IMG/VR virus record: IMGVR_UViG_3300034062_008235
Location: 27,058-91,057 of that record
Direction: 5' to 3' (one strand)
DNA length: 64,000 nt
From: a virus
Part shown: positions 9,148 to 19,889 of the stretch, one piece after another
How the letters are laid out: each line of letters begins with the position of its first letter
Numbering within the stretch: the first letter of the stretch is position 1
Made by a program: the position numbers and the translations under genes
The notes under the pieces: generated by a model
What the model saw: only the letters and a program-made list of their open reading frames with translations
The model's database searches: none
What the model was told of the DNA's origin: nothing

Positions 9148-9950
9148 GTTTTAAATATATTTTCAATAATTGTTGTAATCTCATTTTTATTCTGATCTAC
9201 GCTAAAATATTCGTCCCATTCAGGGGTCTGAGGTTCATAATTATAGAGCAAGTGAGGAGCAGAATATTCGGCACCCCAACATCGAATTAACCCTTTGTGT
9301 TTGATAAATTCTACATAAATATTAAATTGATTCACTTTTCTTTGACCGGGAGCTTCAAGACCTAAACCATGATACGAAAAATATATGATATATGTATTAA
9401 TGTTTTCTTTTATCACACCTTGGTAACTCATTACTTTTGGATGCTTTAATTTCATATTCATAGCAAGCATAATTACTAATTCTTCAAGCGAATCATATTT
9501 TTGTTTGGGCGTTTCCAAAGCCGTTTTATCAATATATTCAGCCAATTCAAAAATCCTAGTAGCTAACATTTTTTCAACAGCAATGTCTTCTACAGTCATA
9601 TGTTCGTAATCATTAACAACAGGAATAGAATAACGAGTAACCCAAGTTAATTCACCTTCCAAATCACTAATTCTTCTCATTATCGTTACACGACAAGAAC
9701 CAAGAGGACTAAATTTAAGACGAATTGACCCGACTTGATTACTGTCTCCATAATTAATCATAGATCCAAAATCTTTAACAGGTTCTTTTATTCCTATTTT
9801 ACCTAAATTGATTATTTCATCTAAAACAGTTTCGATTTTTAAAGGTTCTACTGGTTCTTCGTTATAACGAAGCTGACCTTTAGTAGAAACAACTTTGTCA
9901 AAACCGAAAACAACATCAGGTGATTTACCAACCCATTCAGTAAACTTCAT
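9141..9950 (-). CDS. hypothetical protein with CTS-like N-terminus
   Basis: 269 aa, starts MKFTEW, GGAG RBS. Confidence 0.75.
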   Translation of the reverse strand: MKFTEWVGKSPDVVFGFDKVVSTKGQLRYNEEPVEPLKIETVLDEIINLGKIGIKEPVKDFGSMINYGDSNQVGSIRLKFSPLGSCRVTIMRRISDLEGELTWVTRYSIPVVNDYEHMTVEDIAVEKMLATRIFELAEYIDKTALETPKQKYDSLEELVIMLAMNMKLKHPKVMSYQGVIKENINTYIIYFSYHGLGLEAPGQRKVNQFNIYVEFIKHKGLIRCWGAEYSAPHLLYNYEPQTPEWDEYFSVDQNKNEITTIIENIFKTY

Positions 9951-9979
9951 AAAAATTCTCCATAAATCTATATAGTCAT

Positions 9980-10297
9980 ATGATTACTTTCATACAATTT
10001 TTAGAAGCTACAGAAAATGAAAAAGAAGTTAAAAAAAATGCTTTTAAAAATCAATTACAATTAAATATTGATAATGATCAAGGATTTACTATCAACCTAT
10101 CCAAGCTTGATATTGAAAAGATAAAGACTCGATTGAAAAGTTGGAGTAAATATGATCAAATGAGCAAGGAAGACAAGGCAATGATAAAAAGTATTATTGG
10201 TAAACCATCATCTACGTTAAATGATTTATTTAATGCTTTTTACAATGTTGTCAATCGAAAAACTGAAGAGAGTGACCTTCCTTCTCCAAAATTCTAA
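9980..10297 (+). CDS. hypothetical protein with CTS-like N-terminus
   Basis: MITFIQFLE; TATATA 5 nt upstream. Confidence 0.7.
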   Translation: MITFIQFLEATENEKEVKKNAFKNQLQLNIDNDQGFTINLSKLDIEKIKTRLKSWSKYDQMSKEDKAMIKSIIGKPSSTLNDLFNAFYNVVNRKTEESDLPSPKF

Positions 10298-11669
10298 CTC
10301 TTTTTGCAGAATGCTTTTTCAAGTAAGGATTGTTTTCAAACATAAAATCAATGTAAGTAACTTCTTTTTTGTCATCAGCTGTTCTTAATCCACGACCCAT
10401 TCTTTGAATAATTAAATGATCAGCTTGCCCACCAGCAGCATTAATTAAATTGTGAATTTTAACATTGATACCAGTGTTGAATATTTGTTGAGTAGCAATT
10501 GCTATACAACTAGTTTTAGAACTTTGTAACATATTAATTACTTCTTTTCTAGAATCATTATCGTCTTTTCCTGTGATCCAATAAGCGGTTGGGATCATTT
10601 TTTTCAATTGATCACCATGCGCAATTCTGTCTACTAAAATTAATGTTCTGCCAGAAAACGCATTTGTCAATTCAACAACTTTATTATGTAAAGTTAAATT
10701 GTTGACAATACCAAGATCTATAGCTTCACTATAGATTGATAAGGAAAGATCAGGTTCACATATTTTGTAAAACAAGCATTTTGACTGAGATAATCTGCCT
10801 TTTTGTTGTAAGTCTGCTGTCGTTACTCTTCCTGTGGAAGTTGTAGTCGTCTTGATTATTGGACCGAAGAATCCTTTGACAAGATATTTGTGTACCTTGT
10901 CTGTTTCACCATGCTTAAACGGTGTTGCCGACAAACCTATCCTTATGACTGTATTTTTCATCTTTTTGTATATTTCTTTAGCTGTATCAGATACCATATC
11001 ATGAACTTCATCTACAATAAGAACTCTTATGCTATCAAGCTTGTCTTCCAAATGATGAATTGATTGCGCAGTAGCAACAGTTATTTTATTTGGATTATTG
11101 TTTCCACCCCAACAAGAACCAATATTTTTAAATCCCCATCTAGAAATTTCATCAAAATTCTGAGAAGCTAAAGACTTTCTGTTTTGCAAAACTAAAGTCG
11201 GTTCATGTTCTCCTAAAGCCTTTAAGAGAGCAGACATAAGGAATGTTTTCCCAGAAGCGGTAGGAGCAACAATAATTCCACGTTTGTGTTTGATCGCTTG
11301 GTTTACTAGGTCAACTTGATAATCTGTTAATTCGATTTTAGTGTTCATATCTTCGTTGTAATATTGTAAAAAATGTTCATCAATTTTATCGAATTTAAAT
11401 TTAATTGGTATTCTTAAATCACTAAGATCATATGATTCATTGAACTTTTTTACAATCATACAAATTTCTGGTAATATTCCGGTAAGAAATTTTCCTGTTT
11501 TTGCTGAAAAAAAGTTAACAAATCCATCCCACTTCTTAGATTTATAAAGAGGTGTGAATTGATAACCTTTTTGTCTAAATTTTAAATTAAGAATAATGTA
11601 TTTTAACATTTCTTGATTATCAGTTTGCAATTGACAGAAATCATTGTTAATTGTAATTGTAGTCGCCAT
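10251..11669 (-). CDS. uvsW: UvsW-like SF2 DNA helicase
   Basis: WDG, YQ, APTASGKT, DEVH, GLSAT, QRMGRGLR. Confidence 0.92.
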   Translation of the reverse strand: MATTITINNDFCQLQTDNQEMLKYIILNLKFRQKGYQFTPLYKSKKWDGFVNFFSAKTGKFLTGILPEICMIVKKFNESYDLSDLRIPIKFKFDKIDEHFLQYYNEDMNTKIELTDYQVDLVNQAIKHKRGIIVAPTASGKTFLMSALLKALGEHEPTLVLQNRKSLASQNFDEISRWGFKNIGSCWGGNNNPNKITVATAQSIHHLEDKLDSIRVLIVDEVHDMVSDTAKEIYKKMKNTVIRIGLSATPFKHGETDKVHKYLVKGFFGPIIKTTTTSTGRVTTADLQQKGRLSQSKCLFYKICEPDLSLSIYSEAIDLGIVNNLTLHNKVVELTNAFSGRTLILVDRIAHGDQLKKMIPTAYWITGKDDNDSRKEVINMLQSSKTSCIAIATQQIFNTGINVKIHNLINAAGGQADHLIIQRMGRGLRTADDKKEVTYIDFMFENNPYLKKHSAKRVRILEKEGHSLQFFD

Positions 11670-11784
11670 TTTTACCTCTTAAAAACTATTATCAAGTCAT
11701 AACCTTCATGCTAAATTATATTATTTTTTGAATATTTCGTCAAGATCTTTTATACATAGAAATGTTCTTTTTGGAGATTTTATT

Positions 11785-11949
11785 ATGATTGATAGCATGA
11801 TTGATGAAACATTATTCGTTGTTAAAAATCTTGATAAAAATCTTAAAGAAGTTGCTGAAAAACAAAAAAAATTAGATGAAAAAATGGATTTTTTAGAATT
11901 TAATAAAACTAAAATAAGAAAAAAATTATTTCCTCTTGCGGACATTTAA
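11785..11949 (+). CDS. small coiled-coil hypothetical protein
   Basis: GGAG RBS before ATG 11785. Confidence 0.5.
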   Translation: MIDSMIDETLFVVKNLDKNLKEVAEKQKKLDEKMDFLEFNKTKIRKKLFPLADI

Positions 11950-12405
11950 GTAAAATAAATAACTATTTTTTTCTCCCGGTTTTAGGCTTTTAGCATTTTG
12001 TCTATAATCTAAAACTAATTTTGTTTCTGGATTTTCATAAATCACAAAATCTTTCAATCTAGACAGTACAGTTGTAATAAATTCTTTGCTTCCTGTGAGC
12101 CTAAATGTATCTTGTTGTAAAGTACTACCTTTATGAATTTGCTCAATAGGCTGCAATTGTAAAGGTATATTAGGAGCTAAAGCTTTCCAAAAAGTCATAA
12201 TTTGACTTTTCTTCGCTTTCCAAGGTTTTACTTTTGATCTGAATCCGGTTTCTGCTGGCTGCGGAACAGCTACAGTGTGATTTACAGGGTCTGCATTCGC
12301 ATTAATTGCAACTGGCGCAACTGCTTGCGGTTGTGGAACAGGACGCTCAGTTATTCGTAGAGCATCCGGTTGATCATTATTTAAATATTCCCAAAATGTT
12401 TTCAT
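11926..12405 (-). CDS. hypothetical protein with CTS-like N-terminus
   Basis: Start revised to MKTFWEYL at 12405; TATATA 6 nt upstream. Confidence 0.7.
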   Translation of the reverse strand: MKTFWEYLNNDQPDALRITERPVPQPQAVAPVAINANADPVNHTVAVPQPAETGFRSKVKPWKAKKSQIMTFWKALAPNIPLQLQPIEQIHKGSTLQQDTFRLTGSKEFITTVLSRLKDFVIYENPETKLVLDYRQNAKSLKPGEKNSYLFYLNVRKRK

Positions 12406-12423
12406 CGTACATATATATTTTGT

Positions 12424-12798
12424 ATGATCACAATTCATCAATTTAGAAGAAAAAAATTTTTAACTGAAGCAGATGCTCCAGCTGGTGGAGCATCCTCTAG
12501 TGGAGGTGCGGCACCACCGGGAGGAGCTTTAGGAGGAGCAACACCACCACCCGGAGGAGCACCACCATCTGACTTAGGTGGTCTAGGTGGTAGCCTTGGC
12601 GGGTCATTAGGTGGAGCAACTCCTCCCCCACCTTCAAGTTTGGGTGCAGATCTTGGTGGTGGAATTGGTGTTGGAGCAACAGGTGGTGCTCCAACAGCCG
12701 TCATTACAGACATTAACAAACTAAATGCTTGGGATCTTCTCGAAAAATATTTTGAAGGCAAAATTAAGCGAAAAGATAAGCTTGAACCTTACACATAA
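12424..12798 (+). CDS. Gly/Pro-rich low-complexity protein
   Basis: MITIHQFRRKKFLTE then a GGA/PP tract; TATATA 6 nt upstream. Confidence 0.7.
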   Translation: MITIHQFRRKKFLTEADAPAGGASSSGGAAPPGGALGGATPPPGGAPPSDLGGLGGSLGGSLGGATPPPPSSLGADLGGGIGVGATGGAPTAVITDINKLNAWDLLEKYFEGKIKRKDKLEPYT

Positions 12799-12836
12799 AC
12801 TTGATATTATCATTTTGCGCCAAATCGAGGTAAAAA

Positions 12837-13916
12837 ATGATCAAGTTTTTGCTTTTTAGTGACATTCATATTCATCCGCACAAAAAAAGCGAAGATAGGC
12901 TTAATGATTGTTTACTTTGTTTGGTATGGGTTTTTGAAACAGCTAAGAAGCATAATATAAAAAATATAATTTTTGGTGGTGATTTTTTTCATGATCGCAC
13001 AAAAATTGAATCAATTGTATTACACGAAACATTTTCTATTCTTAAAAAATATCTTGATGGCAGCATAAATTTCTATGTTCTTTTGGGAAATCACGATCTT
13101 TGGTATTTTGAAAAGACATCTATCAGCTCTGTTACTGCTGTATCAGCATTGCCTAATGTTTATATTATAGATAAACCAAAACAAATCATCATAGAAGGTA
13201 TTAGCTGGCATTTTGTTCCTTTTACACATAATCCAATAGAAGACATTGATTTATTATCAGTTTTGAATCCACAAGATTCGTTTTTCTTAGGACATTTAGC
13301 AGTTGATGGCGCAAAATTAAATTCCAAAGGGTCAACTGCCGATGTAGAGATTGAACATGATGGAGAAATGACTAAAGTTAGTCCAAATATTTTCTCAAAA
13401 TACAAACATGCATTTCTTGGACATTATCATAACGCTCAAACAATATCAGAAAATACTGAATATATTGGCAGTCCATTGCAATTATCTTTCGGAGAATTAG
13501 AAGATAAAAAGAATATAATTATTTTAGAATTTATAGAAAATGATTATATTGTCAACTACGTTGCAAATGATTTTAGTCCACAACATTTTGAAGGAGATCT
13601 TGAAACTATAATGAAAATTGATCCGCAATTGTTGAAAAAATCTTTTGTATCAGTAATTGTCGAGGATGAAGATAAAGAAGAAATCAATAAAAAAATAAAG
13701 TTGTTAGAGAGTCAAGGTGTAAGTTCAGTCAAAATAAAGAAAAACATTATTGATAAAAATCAAAACAACGAATTAAAACAAATAGAAATTGCAAAAGAAA
13801 TTTTAAGTCAATCAGACAAAATGGTTAAAAAGTTTGTTGAGATAACGATGACTGAGTTAAACAAGGATTTGCTTATCAGTTGTGGGTTGGATATCATCAA
13901 CCAGTCTCAGGAGTAG
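12837..13916 (+). CDS. gp47/SbcD/Mre11-like nuclease
   Basis: SDIH, GGDFFH, GNHD, GHYH metallophosphoesterase motifs. Confidence 0.93.
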   Translation: MIKFLLFSDIHIHPHKKSEDRLNDCLLCLVWVFETAKKHNIKNIIFGGDFFHDRTKIESIVLHETFSILKKYLDGSINFYVLLGNHDLWYFEKTSISSVTAVSALPNVYIIDKPKQIIIEGISWHFVPFTHNPIEDIDLLSVLNPQDSFFLGHLAVDGAKLNSKGSTADVEIEHDGEMTKVSPNIFSKYKHAFLGHYHNAQTISENTEYIGSPLQLSFGELEDKKNIIILEFIENDYIVNYVANDFSPQHFEGDLETIMKIDPQLLKKSFVSVIVEDEDKEEINKKIKLLESQGVSSVKIKKNIIDKNQNNELKQIEIAKEILSQSDKMVKKFVEITMTELNKDLLISCGLDIINQSQE

Positions 13917-13920
13917 TTCA

Positions 13921-15924
13921 ATGCGGAATATCAACTTTAAGAAAATAAAAGCTCAAAACTTTTTGTGCTTTGGCGATCAAGGCATAGAAATTGATTTTCA
14001 AAACTATGATTCAATTGTTATCATTACAGGGAAAAATCTTGATATCAAAGATAGTGAATTTAATTCCAGCAATGGTAGCGGTAAAAGTAGCATCTTAGAT
14101 GTGCTCCTTTATGGGCTTTTTGGAAAAACATTGAAAAATCCCAAGAAAATTGGAGTTAAAGATGTGATTAACAACAAAACTAATAAAAAAATGTCAATTG
14201 AAATATATTTTGATGACGTTAAGATTTTACGTTCAAGAAAACCTGATGGATTAAAACTTTGGAGATCAAAAGACGAAAAATTTGATGAAGCTACAGAATT
14301 GACTAGAGGAGAAATTAAACAAACACAAGATATGATTGAATCTATTCTTGGCTTTAATTATGAAACATTTAAATCTATTTGTGCCTTTACAGATTCAAAC
14401 ACAGATAGTTATTTAGAATCAAGTTCTACAGAAAGAAGAATAATTGTAGAAAACCTTTTAGGTTTAGAGAAATACAGAATTTATAACGAAAAAACAAAAG
14501 AAATAGTAAAAGAAACAAAAATTGAAATAACTTTGGCAGAAAAAGATAACATCGCTAATCAATCTATGATCGACAATATGACTTTGCAATTAAATCAAAT
14601 TATCGATAAAGAAAATTTATGGAAAGATAACATCAAACAAGAAATCATAAACTTAAAAAATGAACAAGAAATTTTAAACAAACAAATCAAAGATTTAAAA
14701 TCTTTTGACCCTCAAATTGAAAAATACGATAACGCACAAGAAAAAATTAAAACCAATAATATTGAAATTGAAAATTTAAACAAAAAAATATCAAAATTAG
14801 ATAGCTCAAAAGATCAAATTGAAACCAAAATAGAAGAAGGGAAAAACTTGCTCATTGATAATAATAACAAATTAGGAAAAATAAACAATAACATACATTC
14901 GTCAGAAATCAAAATTAAAGAAAATAAGATTAAAATTGATAAAATAACTAAACTTGAAGATGGTGTTACATGCGATCATTGTTTGTCAATTATCGATAAA
15001 AATGGCTATTTTCACATTGAACAAGATTGTAAAAACAATTTAGATATCCTTTTAACTAACAAAAATGAATTAGAAAATAATCATAAAGAATTAATTGATA
15101 AGATATTGTCTATTAAGACGGATATACAAAAAGTAATTGATTTAAAAAATAAGATAAGTGCGTCTTTAACAGAAACCAAAAACAACATTCAAAAGATTCA
15201 AGATGAAATTAGAGAATTGAACAAAGTACAAAAGCCAGAAACGATTAATATGATTGATAAGATTGAAAATAAAATTTCCATTAATAGTGTTACTATTATG
15301 GAAAAAGAGAATGCAATTAAAAACAAATCTCCTTTGGCTGATATAAAAGATAATGTTGAAAAAAACATACAAGATATTAAAAGCAATAAAGAGAAGAGCC
15401 AAACAAAACTTGACAACCTTGTTGCTAAAATTCCATATTTGAATTTCTGGCTTGATGCTTTTGGAGATAAAGGTGTACGAAAATTTGTTGTTGATCAGAT
15501 ACTACCATTGTTAAATAATTCAGTGGAAAATATGCTTTCCATTTTGATTGATGGAAATTTGTCGCTAAAATTTGATAACGAATTTAATGAAGAGATAAAA
15601 AAATCCACAGATGATGTTCCAATAATATATGATTTGCTTTCAAATGGGCAAAAAAGAAGAATTAATTTAGCTGTTTCTCAAGCTTTTGCACATGTTCGAG
15701 AACTTAATAGCGGATCAACACCTAATATTATATTCTTGGACGAAATATCTATTAACATGGATTCTCAAGGAAACAATGCCATATACAGACTTATTAGGAA
15801 TATAGCAAAAAACAAAAAAGTTTTTATAACGACACATGATCAAGAATTATTGCAATTGTTGTCTGGTGCAAGTGAGTTGAAATTACGAATGGAAAACGGT
15901 ATTTCATGTATACATAATGAGTGA
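13921..15924 (+). CDS. gp46/SbcC/Rad50-like ATPase
   Basis: NGSGKSS, coiled coil with CDHC hook, LSNGQ signature, FLDE, ITTH. Confidence 0.93.
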   Translation: MRNINFKKIKAQNFLCFGDQGIEIDFQNYDSIVIITGKNLDIKDSEFNSSNGSGKSSILDVLLYGLFGKTLKNPKKIGVKDVINNKTNKKMSIEIYFDDVKILRSRKPDGLKLWRSKDEKFDEATELTRGEIKQTQDMIESILGFNYETFKSICAFTDSNTDSYLESSSTERRIIVENLLGLEKYRIYNEKTKEIVKETKIEITLAEKDNIANQSMIDNMTLQLNQIIDKENLWKDNIKQEIINLKNEQEILNKQIKDLKSFDPQIEKYDNAQEKIKTNNIEIENLNKKISKLDSSKDQIETKIEEGKNLLIDNNNKLGKINNNIHSSEIKIKENKIKIDKITKLEDGVTCDHCLSIIDKNGYFHIEQDCKNNLDILLTNKNELENNHKELIDKILSIKTDIQKVIDLKNKISASLTETKNNIQKIQDEIRELNKVQKPETINMIDKIENKISINSVTIMEKENAIKNKSPLADIKDNVEKNIQDIKSNKEKSQTKLDNLVAKIPYLNFWLDAFGDKGVRKFVVDQILPLLNNSVENMLSILIDGNLSLKFDNEFNEEIKKSTDDVPIIYDLLSNGQKRRINLAVSQAFAHVRELNSGSTPNIIFLDEISINMDSQGNNAIYRLIRNIAKNKKVFITTHDQELLQLLSGASELKLRMENGISCIHNE

Positions 15925-16042
15925 ATTTTAAAAATACGGAAAATTTGCTATTGCATGTTGAAAATTAATGAAATTTTTATTGCTTAGTAATTCACAATCA
16001 GTATTATTAATCTTATTGGTGTTTCTAAATTGAGGGGTTATA

Positions 16043-18490
16043 ATGTATCAGTACACTACAGCTTTTGACAAATGCGTATCTTACTTCGAGGGAGATGAAC
16101 TAGCCGCTAAAGTATTTTTGGACAAATACGCTCTTAAAGACAACAATTCTAATTTACTCGAAGAAACACCAGTTGATATGCATCACCGTCTTGCCAAAGA
16201 ATTTGCAAGAATTGAAGCAGAAAAGTATACAGAACCTCTTTCAGAAGAACAAATTTTTTCTTTATTCGATAAATTCAAATACATTGTACCTCAAGGAAGT
16301 CCCATGTTTGGTATCGGAAATGATCATCAAATCATTTCTCTATCGAATTGTTATGTAGTCGAAAGTCCAAAAGACAGTTATGGTGGCATCCTTAAGGTTG
16401 ATGAACATTTAGCTCAAATCTCTAAAAGAAGAGGCGGCGTTGGCGTAGACATATCAACTCTACGTCCTGCTGGCGAACCTGTTAAGAACGCTGCTAGGAC
16501 CAGCACGGGCATTGGTTCATGGATGGAGAGATATAGCAATACGATCAGAGAAGTCGGGCAGGCGGGGCGCAGAGGCGCTCTAATGCTTAGTATCCATGTC
16601 GCACACAAAGACATTGAATCATTTATTACGATTAAGAACGACAGTTCAAAAGTTACAGGAGCAAATATTTCTGTTTTGCTTAGCAATGAATTCTTGGAAG
16701 CTGTAGAAAAGGGTGAAAAGTTCCGTTTACGATTCCCCGTAGATGCTCCTCCTAGTGATAGTGACATCTATGTTGATGCTAAGGAATTGTGGAAAAAGAT
16801 CATCCACAATGCATGGCTAAGAGCGGAACCCGGTCTTTTGTTCTGGGATCAAATCACTAAGTACAATGCTGTTGATTGTTATGCAGAAGATGGATATAAA
16901 ACTATATCAACAAACCCTTGTGCAGAATTGCCAATTTGCGCTTTTGACAGTTGCCGCTTAATGGTTCTCAATTTGTTCTCTTATGTTGTCAATCCTTTTA
17001 CCAAAAATGCATATTTTGATTTTGCTTTGTTTGAAGAGCATGCAATAATTTGTCAGAGATTGATGGATGACATGATTGATCTTGAACTTGAAAAAGTAAG
17101 TGAAATTATTAAGAAAATTAAGAAAGACCCAGAATCCAGTACTATTAAAGCTAATGAGCTTGAACTATGGGGAGAGATTTATAAAAAGTGTGAGAATGGC
17201 AGAAGAACTGGAACTGGGTTAACTGCTTTAGGCGATGCGATGGCTGCTTTAAGTATTGCTTATGGCAGCAGACAAAGCATTGACGTAACTGGTAAAATTT
17301 GTAAAGCTTTATGTTTATCGTCATTTAGATCTAGTGTTGATATGGCTAAGAAAACAGGCGCATTCCCTGTGTGGGATTGGAATAAGGAAAAAGATTCTGA
17401 ATTCCTTTTGATGTTAAGAGATCTGGATGCAACTCTTTATGAAAACATGCAAAAGCATGGTAGAAGGAACATTGCCAATCTGACAATCGCTCCAACGGGA
17501 TCAGTGTCTATTATGACACAGACAACATCTGGAATTGAACCTCTGTTCATGCTTTTCCCATATACTAGAAGAAAGAAAATTAATCCAAACGATAAGAATG
17601 CAAGAGTAGACTTCGTCGATCCTAATGGTGATCATTGGCAAGAATTTGAGGTATATCATCCTAAAGTCAAAATGTGGATGGATGTTACAGGTGAAAAGGA
17701 TCTCAAAAAGTCTCCTTGGTTTGGTTGCTGCGCTGAAGATATTGACTGGGTTTCAGCTGTAGAATTGCAAGCAGAAGCACAGAAATATGTTGATCATGCA
17801 ATTTCCAAGACTGTTAACTTGCCAGAAGATGTGACGGAAGAACAAGTTGCCAAGATTTATGAAGCTGCATGGAAATATAAATGCAAGGGTATGACAGTCT
17901 ATCGTAAAAATTGCCGTACAGGAGTTTTGATAGAAAAGCCTGCTAAGAAAGAAGTAGAAGAAAAAATTATAAAGAATGATGCTCCAAAACGTCCTTCCGA
18001 CATTGAAGCAGAATTATATTTGCCAATCGTAAAAAGTGAACCTTATTACGTTGTTGTTGGTCTTCTTGGTGGTGAACCATATGAAGTATTTGCTGGTCTG
18101 AATACAGAAGATGGTAAACCAGTGATCAAATGTAAAGAATCTAAAGGATTGCTTAAGAAGTTAAATAGGGGCAAGTATGTTTTCCAAGCTGGCAATGAAT
18201 CATTTAACTTAATTAATATCAGCAATCACGAAAATGGAGATGCTTTGTGTCGAATGGTAAGCACTTCACTGCGTCATGGTGCGGATATTAGTTTTGTTGT
18301 ACATCAACTTGAAAAGACTAAGGGCGATCTTGTCAGTCTAAGTAAGGTTCTTGCCAGAACGCTCAAGAAGTATATTAAAGATGGAACTAAGGTGCATGGT
18401 GAAGAATGTCCTTCTTGTCAGGGAAGTCAAGTTGAAAGAAATGATGGTTGTGTTCTGTGTAAATCATGTGGTTGGTCTAAATGTGGTTAA
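16043..18490 (+). CDS. nrdJ: class II (B12-dependent) ribonucleotide reductase
   Basis: SNCYV, TNPCAE, TIAPTGS, SGIEP, C-terminal CPSC...CKSCGWSKC; no beta subunit nearby. Confidence 0.9.
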   Translation: MYQYTTAFDKCVSYFEGDELAAKVFLDKYALKDNNSNLLEETPVDMHHRLAKEFARIEAEKYTEPLSEEQIFSLFDKFKYIVPQGSPMFGIGNDHQIISLSNCYVVESPKDSYGGILKVDEHLAQISKRRGGVGVDISTLRPAGEPVKNAARTSTGIGSWMERYSNTIREVGQAGRRGALMLSIHVAHKDIESFITIKNDSSKVTGANISVLLSNEFLEAVEKGEKFRLRFPVDAPPSDSDIYVDAKELWKKIIHNAWLRAEPGLLFWDQITKYNAVDCYAEDGYKTISTNPCAELPICAFDSCRLMVLNLFSYVVNPFTKNAYFDFALFEEHAIICQRLMDDMIDLELEKVSEIIKKIKKDPESSTIKANELELWGEIYKKCENGRRTGTGLTALGDAMAALSIAYGSRQSIDVTGKICKALCLSSFRSSVDMAKKTGAFPVWDWNKEKDSEFLLMLRDLDATLYENMQKHGRRNIANLTIAPTGSVSIMTQTTSGIEPLFMLFPYTRRKKINPNDKNARVDFVDPNGDHWQEFEVYHPKVKMWMDVTGEKDLKKSPWFGCCAEDIDWVSAVELQAEAQKYVDHAISKTVNLPEDVTEEQVAKIYEAAWKYKCKGMTVYRKNCRTGVLIEKPAKKEVEEKIIKNDAPKRPSDIEAELYLPIVKSEPYYVVVGLLGGEPYEVFAGLNTEDGKPVIKCKESKGLLKKLNRGKYVFQAGNESFNLINISNHENGDALCRMVSTSLRHGADISFVVHQLEKTKGDLVSLSKVLARTLKKYIKDGTKVHGEECPSCQGSQVERNDGCVLCKSCGWSKCG

Positions 18491-18511
18491 ATAAAAATGT
18501 CAATTGCTAAA

Positions 18512-18561
18512 TATTAAAACCTTTTTATTACATGAATTTCTGTAATAAAAAGGTTTTAATA
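18512..18561. terminator. 21-bp perfect inverted repeat after nrdJ
   Basis: TATTAAAACCTTTTTATTACA / TGTAATAAAAAGGTTTTAATA. Confidence 0.7.
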
Positions 18562-18595
18562 AAAAACATTTGATACTTTATTAATAAATAGAAAT

Positions 18596-19078
18596 ATGAC
18601 AGACTTTAATTTTAGAGAATTCGTTTTAAACGAAAACAAAGTTTACTTAGCCAAAGAAATTGGTGATGTCCTTAATTCTTCACAAGAACTTTCGGACGAA
18701 GTAAATAAAATTGGTACAAGAAACTTAGTTCGTTATGCACAAATTATTGTAAACAAATCTAGAGGCATTCTTCAAGGTCACTGGGGCAATGAAAATAGAA
18801 AATTTCTTAAAGGATTACAAAAATGTGCTGTTTCTCTCGCAAAGTCTATAGATGAAAATGATAATATAGAAGAAGTCTTAAAAAGTACAATTGACACTTT
18901 GCAGAAAGTCGTTAATAAAATGGGAGTTCCTATTAACGCTTTCCAAATTACAGAAAAACCAAAAGAAATGGAAACTCCTAAAGATGTATCAGGTCAGGAT
19001 ATAGCACCAGATAATCCTCCAGCAAGTGGTTTTGATACCTCTGCTGCTGCTCCTACAGCACAATATCCACAAAAATAA
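18596..19078 (+). CDS. hypothetical protein with CTS-like N-terminus
   Basis: MTDFNFREFVLNE; TAAATA 5 nt upstream. Confidence 0.75.
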   Translation: MTDFNFREFVLNENKVYLAKEIGDVLNSSQELSDEVNKIGTRNLVRYAQIIVNKSRGILQGHWGNENRKFLKGLQKCAVSLAKSIDENDNIEEVLKSTIDTLQKVVNKMGVPINAFQITEKPKEMETPKDVSGQDIAPDNPPASGFDTSAAAPTAQYPQK

Positions 19079-19097
19079 TATAAAAGGAAGGTGTATT

Positions 19098-19889
19098 ATT
19101 TGTGGAATTGCTGGTTTCATAGGTAAGTCTGTTAATCCAAAATTTACTTATAATCTCTCTAAAAGAATATTTAAACTTCTTGAATATCGTGGAGTACACG
19201 CTGCTGGAATCTACGCTATTGATGAAGACAATAATACTTATTTTAAAAAAGAACCAATTCCATCTTCTGAATTTGTTAAAACGGATTACTTTAACAGCAT
19301 TAAAAATATCAATATGAAATTATGTCTGCTTCATACAAGAAACGCAACAGCAGGTTGTGGTGATCCACATGACAATACTAACAATCACCCATTTATAAGT
19401 AAAGATAATAGCAAAATTCTTATACACAACGGAGTCGTTGAAAAAACAGAATACAATATATTAAAAGAATTTTTTCCAACAGAATCAAATTGTGACTCAG
19501 AAATACTTCTTCGCTTTCTTGAAAATAGCCAAGAATCAACTGTTAAATCTTTTTCAAAACTAACAGGTCTTATTCCAAAAAGTCAATTTGCTATATCATT
19601 GTGCGAAGTAGAAAAAAATAAAATAAAATTATATCTTTATAGAAACCACGCAAGACCATTATATTTCTTTGATTTAACTCAAACTATAGGACAAATATTT
19701 TTTTGTTCCACAGTTGAAATATTTCTTCATGCTCTTTCGTATTATAGCAAATCAGATCAAATTATGGAAGAATGCAGTTTTTATAAAGTAAGCCCTTACA
19801 AATTATGCGAATTTTCACTCAGTGATAATATCATAAACAAAAAGTTTTACTCAATAAAACTGCATAAAGAGGTGTCACTTGAATACTGA
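19098..19889 (+). CDS. class II glutamine amidotransferase (Ntn hydrolase)
   Basis: CGIAG, RG-AAG, HTRNAT, NNHPF, HNG, CDSE; codon before the Cys is ATT. Confidence 0.88.
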   Translation: MCGIAGFIGKSVNPKFTYNLSKRIFKLLEYRGVHAAGIYAIDEDNNTYFKKEPIPSSEFVKTDYFNSIKNINMKLCLLHTRNATAGCGDPHDNTNNHPFISKDNSKILIHNGVVEKTEYNILKEFFPTESNCDSEILLRFLENSQESTVKSFSKLTGLIPKSQFAISLCEVEKNKIKLYLYRNHARPLYFFDLTQTIGQIFFCSTVEIFLHALSYYSKSDQIMEECSFYKVSPYKLCEFSLSDNIINKKFYSIKLHKEVSLEY

